This document shows, piece by piece, positions 53,801-64,000 of a stretch of DNA of 64,000 nucleotides. The notes beneath the pieces are model-generated. The model saw only the letters and a program-made list of their open reading frames with translations. It was not told where the DNA came from and made no database searches. Each line of letters opens with the position of its first letter. Position 1 is the stretch's first letter. This DNA comes from Phoronis australis (Eukaryota > Animalia > Phoronida), in assembly GCA_002633005.1 (NCBI GenBank), contig NMRA01000105.1, positions 908,010 to 972,009 on the forward strand. The letters run 5' to 3'. The translations under genes and the position numbers were made by a program.

Positions 53801-56460
53801 TAGATATAGAAATAATCTCTGCTCTGAGTTAAGAACAAGATAAGATAGGTTATATAACGGCAAGTGGTCTAGTACAAAAGTTGTTTTTTTAGAGAGAACG
53901 CCCGGATTCATTGAATCTGTGAGTTCATATCCTTCAGCCAACGTATATTTTTGTCAGACTGGCCAAACATAGTGCAATCGGAACACATTGTTTTTAACCG
54001 GATATTGCTCATCAAGTATAGACAAAAACGTACAATTTTTGCGACTAAACAGTTTACATTATGAGTTAATATTCACACTTCGATAATCTCGATGAGCAAA
54101 ATGCCATTACGGCGGAAAACCGCAGCATACTCTACAACGAACCTCCAGGCGAATTAATGCCTGACGAAATTCTTGTGGCCGCGACACAATTGCCGGCGGC
54201 AAGATAAAAATGAATACTTTCAAAGCTAATTATTTAGCAAGTAAAAATTTAAAGATGAATTATGTTAATGATTGGCAACGATAGTACTGAGCAATAGCAA
54301 CGTCAATGAATAGCACATGGAAGCCTCCTACAGCGGTTTACGTATCTAAGAGTTGTAAAACGGATGGGAACTACATAATAATTGGTTGAACGTCGCTAAG
54401 AGTTAATGAATTCAAGCAATTCATTTATTGAGAGTTTGTATTCTCCAACAAGAAACAGAACAAATACGTACTAAATAAATGAATACATAAAAAGAGAAAC
54501 TGAGAAAAATTTGAATACCGAGTCTATAACATAATGAATATAAAGTACATGTACATGTACCAATCTTTCGTGCGAGATGGATAAAACGTGATGCGAGATG
54601 CTGTCGGACTTAACCGTGGATACGCGCATGCCAGGGAAAGACGGCCAATGTACTTTGTACATGATGTCTCTTTGCGTGCAGCGTATTCAGGTGATCTCTA
54701 ATACATGTTTATTTCAAGCCGTTTCCAGTAAGGTTGCCGGAATCCCACAGTTACCGACCGCTGTACCGGAGGGGCAACACCAACCTCCAGTTCCGGGACG
54801 CTGCTGAATGACAAAGTGCACAGAGTTATTGTACACGGCGAGGTCAGAAGAGGCACTGCCGCTTCCGACAGACTGTCACAACTATGTTTACTTTTTTCTA
54901 AAAGAACACGAATGTGTTCAATCTAAATAGCAAACCATGCCAACTGTTTTAAGCATGCCTCTTTAAAATGGCATCACACAACAATTGTCGAGATGATGTC
55001 ACCTGAAATCATTCATCGCAAGAGGAAATTCTGTCACGGAGAAAGAATTCTGAAAATTTAGTCATAAGCGGATTTTAGGGAGGGGGGGAGGGCATGTGGT
55101 CCGCCTTTTCTCAATATGAAGCCGGCCGTGGACTGAGGTTTTACCTTCGTAAATTCTAGTCGGGCCGACCCGCCAGTTATTTTCACTTAAGCTTTTCAGT
55201 TCAAGATATGTTTATGCATGTATAGGCTACTGTGTTATAAAGTGGACAGCTGATTACCCCGGCTGTGAGCTGCGTGAACGGAAATATTCAATCTTGCCTA
55301 GAAAAGACGGAATTCCTCCCTTACCGATAAGGGAGGTAGACACACCGGTGGTCTTTCTATGTTCATCTTTAAAATGTGTAAAATTTCATTATAGGTCACA
55401 ACGTGCTCAGTGTTTACCAATTTCACCAGAATTAGGTGCAGACCAGCGACTTTTTATCTGCTTAGTTGTCCTTTGAAAATGCGCCAAGTCAATTTTTGAA
55501 CTAACGTATCATTTTATACGGACACACGGATCGCGAAACGCATTCGCAATGGATACTGTACATGTACATGTAGTGTGCATCATCCACTATGCATTGCGCA
55601 CCAATGGAAACGAGGCTTTCAGTGCAAATCCAGTGTTACCACCAATCCATTCTGGGTAAAATCGAGAAACTGGTCTTTCGAAAAGGCAATAAACTTTTGT
55701 CTTATATAAAAAACAACTTTGTTACTCCTTCAGACGAAGGACTATTAAACTTGTCACGGCTGGTTAGTTTCAGTCGTCAAGGTACACGTGTGGTTGTCAG
55801 GGACACTCCTGGTTATATAGGCTACTATAATATTGCACGTAGGTAAGACCACTTTTGTATTGTAGCAGTTTCAGTTCAATGAAAGGGTAAGCACGCAATG
55901 ATATTGGTCCAAGAATAGCAAACACATTTGAGAGGAAAGTTGATTTTAACACCAGCCAGAACAAGGCTTTCAGCGACTAAAAGTTTATAAACATAACTAC
56001 TACGGTATGTTTTATGAAAAGCGACTTTTAAGTCTTTTAAAAAAGACCAAAGACAGAAATTTTGGTCACAGGATCCACATATAACTATTTATGAAAAATA
56101 AGTAAAATTAACTTTAGGAAAGAATAAGATACCCACAACAGTTATTTACTGACAAAATTTGTAATTTTTCAGGCAATGATGTACTAATAATTACAATCAC
56201 TTGGCGTGAAGTGGCAGCGTACGACCAAATTTCTGTCTTTTCACGAAACAGAACCATGATGTCGACAGTTCATCAACTTCATTGTCAAAACTACGTTGTC
56301 AAATAAGACAATTACTTGGCATTTGGGTTCATCTGAGTGACAAATGCTAATCTTAGTGTACAAATCTAATAACTAAACACCCACCCCGACAAATGAACTA
56401 CAACTAATGCTGTGCATGCAAAGTGCAAGTAAGCACAAGTCACGTGTATAGACAGGGCTT

Positions 56461-56534
56461 GTGAGTGTGTGTGCGTGTGTGTGTGCGTGTGTGTGTGTGT
56501 GTGCGCGCGTGTGTGTTTGTGTATGTGTGTGTGT
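56461..56534. repeat. (GT)n microsatellite, imperfect
   Basis: GT/GC dinucleotide run. Confidence 0.95.
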
Positions 56535-57493
56535 GATACCACAGCAATCAAATTACCAGAGGCTACTCATTTGTCTTGCTTCACTGATGAAACAGACTCC
56601 GGACTTGTCTGATGATTGAAGACGACCGAGGTCGCACCTGATTATTTAAACAAATTAACGAGCATTCAACAATGTATACCTCCAATAGGCGGTTTCATGG
56701 TAAGGGTGTGACGAAACTGCAACTCAACTTATTAATTTTCCAAAATTGGGCTTTAACGGTATGAAAACTAGAGTTCAACAGAAAGGTAATAAAAATTCAA
56801 CAGTTGAGCATTCATGACAAAAAGCTTATTCTAGAAAGCAGATTTTAGATACCAATTCTTTTGTTAAAATATAACAAAACCAATTTGCTACTGGTCTGAC
56901 ATACTGAAACAATCTGTACATGATAGCTGTGGTTGGAAAACTGACTATCCTGATGTATTTTCGAGAGATACGCAAATTGAAAAAAAAATAATTTCCATGT
57001 ATTTTTAGACACTCAGTGCACATGTACACACGTGAAATTCTCTGACTGCACTACAATTCAAACACGAGCAATAAACCATGCAAAAGGAAACAATTGGTTT
57101 CAAGCACAGACACGCACGTGACACCGTTCTTTTCCAAATGACACAATCAGGCTACCCGAACAACACGACAACGGCACTCACACAGTTCCTACACATACTT
57201 ACACGGCTCACGAGCCTATGCCTGGAGACCACAAATCCATAAACACAGCTCACATACTTCCAAACACGGGTTAACCATTTCCAAACACGTGCAAGACTCG
57301 CAAAAGGCGGGTTACCAGTCCAAACATAACTAGGAATGCTCACAAGAGACTTTTACTGCATCAACTGACCAACTCACTTGAATTCCAGATATCATAGTTC
57401 ATTTTACCATGCTTGGTAAGACCCACTCTGCCCAAGACTAACCACACTCTTGCACTGAGCCACAAACAAATAGTTCAAGTTTACTAAAGTCAC

Positions 57494-57499
57494 TTTATT
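57494..57499 (-). terminator. Candidate polyadenylation signal AATAAA for the minus-strand gene
   Basis: TTTATT on the plus strand, ~1.08 kb past the stop. A GT-rich TATTTGTTTGTG element follows ~20 nt downstream on the minus strand. Confidence 0.5.
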
Positions 57500-58003
57500 A
57501 ATAAACTAAAAAAACAGCCGGTTTTATCCAGTATTGACCAAACTTGTTCATTTTCTTGTAACTAATAGAGCAAATCAAATAATGCTTCCCATGGCTGAGG
57601 GAATATTTAGACGAAACTTAGACTTCTTGTTTGTTGAAGTACTGATTGTGAGTGGATTTTTTTGTAGTTAAGAGACGGCCTGCATATAATTTTGATGCTG
57701 AATGGGATTCTAATAACACCAGAGAGGGTTGTGCAAGGTTTTGATTTTTGACAACACTAAGCATTCAGGCATAGTCTTATTTGGGCAGCAAATCAGTGGA
57801 GTGTGCATCCACTAGCTATTCACTGAACACAGGCACTGAAGGAACCGGCACTTCATTGGGAACATAAATTGTGGGGTATCCGGCCTTTCGTGAGAAGGGT
57901 GGTTAGTCACAATGAAACTTGAGTCTGGGCTACCAAAAATGATTCAGTAACTGACAAACACAACACACTGAAATGGAGTCAGTGAGCCATGTTTGCAAGT
58001 CCT

Positions 58004-58202
58004 GAAGCCCGTTCCTAGTAAACTAAATTAGCTAAGACAAACTTTATTCAATTTTAACATAAAACTTAAATTCGTCTTAAGTCTATTCCAAGGAAATAAT
58101 TCTAAGTTTGACTTAAGTTTTTGACTCAAGTTTTGTCTTAAATTTGACTTAACTTAGATTTAAGTAAAACATGAACTTAAGTTGGTTTCTTGAAACAGGA
58201 CC
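58004..58202. mobile_element. Degenerate MITE with internal ACTTAAG/TTAAGT repeats, inside the putative 3' UTR
   Basis: Loosely complementary ends GCCCGTTCCTAGTAAAC and GTTTCTTGAAACAGGACC, with a repetitive interior. Confidence 0.5.
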
Positions 58203-58573
58203 GTAGCACATTCTTAGGTGAGGAGGCTAAAGTGAAGGAACTATATGTTCATGAGTGTTCCAGCCGTGTTGTTCGGGTAGCCTGATAATAATATTCCCTT
58301 TGGAAAACGAGATGAATTTGAAATTGAACAACACACAGATGAACTTCCATACAAGCCCTTCTGAGGAATCATCACCAAAACACTACAGCATTTAATGATA
58401 ATTTCATATTGATCCAAACATTCCATTCTAACTATATTGAATTCAAAACCGATCCATTTAAAGGGACATCATCACCAATAAAAGTGATTTTCTGAGATCA
58501 GTCCCAGAACATGTTTTTATACCTAAAATTATTATTTCAACTGTAATAGTTTGGCAATCTAGGGAAAACAATG

Positions 58574-58722
58574 TCAATCCCCTAATGTCAAGACAGCTTC
58601 AGCTGCCTTGTGGAGTTCACTTCCTTTAGGTGATTCACCATGCACAGAAAAGGTGAAGTTCAGCACCCCCCCTTGGGAGTTAGAAGTGTTCAGTGTGGTG
58701 TTTGGAACATCTGGCAAGGAAG
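58574..58722 (-). CDS. Putative terminal coding exon of an unidentified gene (upstream exons lie to the right, not confidently located)
   Basis: Strong acceptor TTGTTTTTCTCTCGTTTCTCTTTTTAG, then an open frame SLPDVPNTTLNTSNSQGGVLNFTFSVHGESPKGSELHKAAEAVLTLGD-stop, followed by UTR-like sequence and AATAAA. Confidence 0.6.
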
Positions 58723-61194
58723 CTAAAAAGAGAAACGAGAGAAAAACAATGAGCACAACCAGCTGGGGGATATCGAAATATTTCTTCTGAACTAAGGTAT
58801 AAGTGCCAACTCAAATTTTAAAATATAAGACGCAGACAGTACAATCCACAGATTTTTCTATTACGTAATACTACAATGTCTCCAGAATTCTATATCAAAA
58901 AAATATTAAAAAATGATTTAAGTGTTGAATTCAGACACATTTAGTAAGACATTACCAAGAATATTTACAGTGAAATCCCAACAAACTATGGCCCAATGTG
59001 GCATACCCGTAACAGGAAATTTTTTCCCGTTTTTTGAAAGTAGCCTCAAATAAACACTTAATTATTTCAATGTTCTGTAGACATGGCTATCATCAAAACA
59101 GTATTTTGAGAAATTGAAGCATCCACAGCAGCGTAACGTTGAAGTTTGTAAACAATTTTCACAATTATGTTGTCTGAAACTAGTGACATTTTACAAAAGT
59201 GGATTTGGGGGGGCCTGCTGCCTAAGTAAATAAGGGCACTACCTAAGGACGTAAACAAAAAAATAAAAAACGCCCATGACGTACATGTACTATTTTTAGA
59301 GGTAACACCAAGATTTTTGAGAGAAACTTGTGAGTGGCCTCCTTGCAAAATCCTATGCGTCGGATGAGTGTTTCACCATTTGCATTCAAAACACGATTAT
59401 TCTTGTGCTGTCATTTCACACATCAACCTCATTTTTGATGTTCATTAATGTTTCGGCAGCAATTTTTCCGGTCATCATCAGAGTAATATCAGGTGATACA
59501 CTTTTACATGTATTAACAATTATTAATTATAATTATTAAATAATATTATTGTTATTTTTGGCAATTCCCATTTTAGAATCAATACTGCCTCCCATTCACT
59601 GGGACCATGATGTAATCAAAGAAGTCTCATCAGACAAATGTTCCTAAATAGTTTAATATCCTGGAATGATCAGAACACAAAAGACTCCCTTGACAAACAT
59701 TAGCAGTAATAAAGGCTGCTTCAGCGAATATATGGCCACAGGCTCAGCAGTGACTTGTTTAGTCACTGTCAACAGTACTCAAGGGGATAGCATTGGTATT
59801 TTTACAGAGCACCTTTAAAAAGACATAATCGGTTTTAGGGATTATTGTTAGAAGGGATGGACTTCCTCTTAACTTACATGTACAAGCTTTGACCAGAGCT
59901 ATAAAACAACAAAATCTGATGTGTTTTTGATTTTCTTACAAATCACCATTTCTTGTCATTGGCTGCCAGTCTGTGACTCGTTGGAATCCAGGGTTATGAT
60001 TAAATACATTAAAATAATTGGCTACTTACCAAATGGAGTTCAGCTCTGATAAAAACGTATTGGACCACAACCGCTAAAGTCACGAGTTTAAATCCATTTT
60101 GAAGCTCGTCTCAAAAAATTCTTTACTCCCTGATTATGTCACTTAAAGGGATGCACTCATAGTTGTTGATAATGACAATTAATATTTCTGGGCAATAATA
60201 GTGACTGTCACTGCCACTAAACCACTCTTGGAAAGAATCAAAGATTATAGTACGAGTGCCAGGAACTTCCTATCTCACTTCATTTTTCGCCCACATCAGA
60301 CCAATCACTGCTAAGGAACAAAAGCTTCACAGCATGTTATCCGGGTCAGGCAGCGTTGGCTTAACAGATCTGGACACATGTGTTGTGATAGCCATCAACT
60401 TCCTTTTCTGTGATTAATATTACCTGGACAGACATGAGGGACCAGGTTCAGCCTATTCAAAAGCATGCAAATAGGTGTTTGAAAATGGTGATATGACACA
60501 TTTCAACATGTTTCAGAAGTTCCGGGAGTCACTAAAAGAGGAAATGTTTTACTTTTCCAAAGCACAAACCAAGAGTATTTAACTGACACAATACAAGATG
60601 GCTGCCTTGAGTAGCGTTCACTATAGCTGCAATAAACCATGGCCAGCCGTTAAAATAACTTTCTTCAAAAATGTATTTGTTCTTCCAAAGCATCATTGTG
60701 TTTTCATCCTAAGTTTAGAATTAATGATTGCGCTACAACACCTGGCATTCTGACAATGGAATCACTACCTCGATGGCTGAAATTAAAACACCGCGGCAAG
60801 GAAAGTAACAGTCCTCGTCTGCAGTAATGATGAACTGTGACAGTAGTGACCTTTCCAAGCCTATAAATCATATCTAATCTGAGTAAGGAACGAGACCAGG
60901 CCAACTTTACAACAGTAAGTGGACGGAATAAAACTATTCAGCAAAAGGCGCGGGTTTATTGGACCTTTGACAGACACAGTGAATTCTAACATCTCGCTAA
61001 AGCAGCATAAATATTACACGAAAAAAATATTAGTTCCAGTTAAGTCTTAAGATCGAAATCTGACAATTCCATGAAAAGGTACAATTATTTTTCACACAAT
61101 ACAGTGAATAAGTGAAACATTTTTTCAGGATCATCAAGAAAATTATAGTCTATTATAACTTGGTTTCCACTTCACAGACATTATTATTTAATAT

Positions 61195-62860
61195 AACAAG
61201 AGCAACGCGGAGCGTTGAAATGCGCCCACGAATGCACCGCAAATGGTGTGCTTTTAGGGTTATTTATTTGTATCATAAAAATGGCCACTAGATGGCGCAA
61301 GAACGTACAATCCATCCAAAAACGGGAACATACCATATTTCATTAAAAAATCTGTTAAGGAACTTCAGAGAATCAAACGAATACAGAATAAACTGAAATT
61401 GCTACTTTTGGGCACAGCATCTGTTGGATCCACCTGAAAGTCATCGTTTGTTGTTATCTTCATATAAATAAACTTACTAAATTTAATAAAGATCCTGCAG
61501 TGGGTTTAGGAGATACAGCTACATGTATGGGTGCAAAACAAAACCATACTCAAAACATATACGCCAATTCTCAAAACCATACCTAGAATGATTAGGTTGA
61601 TAGAGGGGTGGACACCAAAAACAAGATTTGAAAACAGCAAAAATGGCCACTAGGTGGCGCAAAATACCTCGATTCCAACCAAAAACAGGAGGATAGCGTC
61701 ATCTCACCAATAGATGCCTATATTTGAAATTTTATGGAAATTTGTTGGGGACCTTCGAAGACAGACTGGTAAACATAAAAAATAAAATTGCCACTAGAGG
61801 GCACACCAGTAGTCAGACCCATCTGAAAGTCATCGTCCTTCGTGGTCAACATCATATAAATACACTTGCTAAATTAAGTAGAGATCCTGCAAACAGTTTA
61901 GGAGATACAGCCATGAGCGCAAAAAATGACACTAGGAGGCGCCAAAGTAGTTGAAGTCGTCGGAAAATCATCTTCTGCCGTCCACTTCATAGCAAAACAT
62001 ACAATTATCCTGAAAGCGGTTTGGTCGATAGACGAGTGGACACCAAAAAAAAGACTCAAAAACAGTAAAAATGACCACTAGGTGGCACAAACTAGGTCGA
62101 ATCCATCTGAAAACGAAGAGATAATGTCACCTGATTAACAGATGCCTGTATGTCAAATTTTATGAAAATACATTGAGGACCTTTGAACATACAGAGGCCG
62201 TAAAAAAAATAAAATTGCCACTAGGTGGCACACCAGTAGTCAGATCTGTCTGAAAGTAATTGTCCTCTGTTGTTAACATCATATAAATACACTTACTAAG
62301 TTTAGTGATGATCCTGCAAATGGTTTAGGAGATACAACCATAGGCACAAGAAAAACAAAACTGCCACTAGGCGGCGCCACAGTAGTCGAAGTCGTCGGAA
62401 AATCATTGTCAGTCGTCCAGTTCATAGTAAGAACATACATCCTTTGAGCAGTTTGTTTGATAGAGGGGTGGATGTAAAAAAAACAGACTTGAAAACAGTA
62501 AAATTGGCCACCAGGTGGCACAAACTACGTCAAATCCATCTGAAAACGGGAGGATAGCGTCATCTCATTAATAGGTGCCTGTATACCAAATTTTATAAAA
62601 ATCCGTTTAGGACTTTTGAAGAAACAGAGGTAAACACAAAAACTAAAATTACCACTAGGGGCACACCGGTAGTCCGATCCGCCCAAAAGTTCGCTCATGC
62701 CGTCCCATTCACGCAACGAACACATGCAAAATTTCATGAATATATGTCAAGGCGTTTTTGGAGATAGAACAGTGGATGCCGGACGCCAGACACCGGACGC
62801 CACGGATGGAGATGACGGCATAAAAATTATATTTCAGTAATTATTTTTGTCTGAAATAAG
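61195..62860 (+). mobile_element. Non-autonomous Helentron/DINE-1-like element with internal ~144-bp satellite (~430-bp trimeric higher-order unit)
   Basis: Starts AACAAGAG plus hairpin CAACGC-GGA-GCGTTG (61203-61217). Then tandem monomers, short GGACGCC repeats (62781-62801) and a terminal hairpin ATTTCAG..CTGAAAT (62831-62857). The superfamily call rests on architecture only. Confidence 0.7.
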
Positions 62861-64000
62861 TTAAGAAGTCAGCAGTTAAAAGTGGGATAATGATGTTCCT
62901 TACGAGAAATGCTTCATGAATAGAAACAAAGCTTGCTTCAACATTGCATACATAAAAACTGCAGAACAGAAATACAGTACATAAAACGAAATGACATAAC
63001 AGAAGTGGAATATTTGCCTCATAAAGGCTGAGAGCAAGTGTGGAATTTAGTATCAGAGTCCTTAGAAAGACCAGTGGTTATGGGGGCAGGGGNNNGGGGG
63101 GGTTCTTTGTCTGAGCAACATTTGGTATGCCATGCAAAATTTAAGGCCTATACATGTTTAATGGAACACATTGGCAATAGCTGTTATTACACAAGAGAAG
63201 CTAATCACAATGAGGGTTAATTATATTGATCTTAGCAAAATTGGAGTCATGCAGTCTAATTCATTGCCTCTCTAGAATCAGTTATAATAATTTATACCTT
63301 TTGCACTCAGTTAATTGCAGTCAAGCAGCATAATCATAAGACTCTCAACTTGAAATAATTCCATGAGTGCTATCGTTTAAATTTTAATAATTTTGTTTGT
63401 TGTAGCTACCATGACATCACTCTGACACCATTGTTTTGCTAGGCATTTCTTGTTTTTAATGTAAAGGACCTGGTCACATGAACAACTAAACGAAGACTGA
63501 AGTCAAAAATCAAATTCTGCAGGCTTTTTTTTCAGAAAATGTGTATTTTTGTTAGATTAAGCTTAGTTTTTATAGTTTTATAGATATTTTAGAACTACAG
63601 AGACTTATCAAAAAGGAATCTATGTAACATCAACTATCTACTAAATATTCCTAAATAATGTGGACATTGCTGCTGCAATAGTCACTCACACGGGTTTGGG
63701 ATTTAGAGAACCAGTTTATTCAGTGCATCAAAATTATTGGTTCTCAAAACGTGGGTCCCCTTTAAGTGATTATTACCGATATTTCAATAGAGAATGGCCG
63801 CATGAGCAGCAGTATCAGAACACGAAATATCATGTTTGACTAAGTCCGAGTTAAACTATACCAAGATATTGATTCTTATATGTTAAATTAGATAGGTAAC
63901 ATCTTGTACATGTAACTTCAAGAAACATTGGCCGACAATACAGGTAAGTAGAAGGTAATAAACAGTGATTGATCATGGCTTGTTCAAAGGTATGAAGTGA

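Noticed and set aside
3572-55824. TAGCCTA/TAGGCTA as an enriched footprint
   Set aside because: About 7 were noticed, close to the rough chance expectation.
60424-60870. Small minus-strand exon candidates upstream of the terminal exon
   Set aside because: Several AG/GT pairs exist, but none could be chosen or phased with confidence.
61285-62666. Regularly spaced motif as a repeat-spacer array
   Set aside because: The intervening sequences are homologous to each other in a trimeric period, so this is a satellite and not unique spacers.
449-63220. Remaining 60-130 aa ORFs in the track
   Set aside because: Their length and composition fit chance ORFs, many start at non-ATG codons, and no domains were recognised.

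Overview
This is eukaryotic, AT-rich, repeat-dense DNA, most consistent with intergenic or intronic sequence from a marine invertebrate. A deuterostome-like origin is inference only. No ORF in the six-frame track is a recognisable complete gene. The only fairly convincing host-gene piece is a minus-strand terminal coding exon (58574-58722) with a ~1.1 kb 3' UTR and polyA signal. The rest is decayed mobile DNA: THAP and KolX-like relics of Kolobok-type transposons, CA..TG MITEs with 5-bp target-site duplications, palindromic MITEs, a LINE 3' remnant, a Helentron-like element with an internal satellite, and minisatellites. Three single-N scaffold joins sit next to duplicated or inverted sequence. 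The two most notable signals are (1) about 40 copies of TACATGTA, which three within-window comparisons indicate are CATGTA insertions at TA sites, like Tc1-type excision footprints, and (2) a same-orientation array of CTCF-consensus-like motifs at ~144 bp spacing inside the Helentron-like element. No rRNA, intact tRNA, CRISPR or prokaryotic system is visible. All alignments and counts were done by eye.
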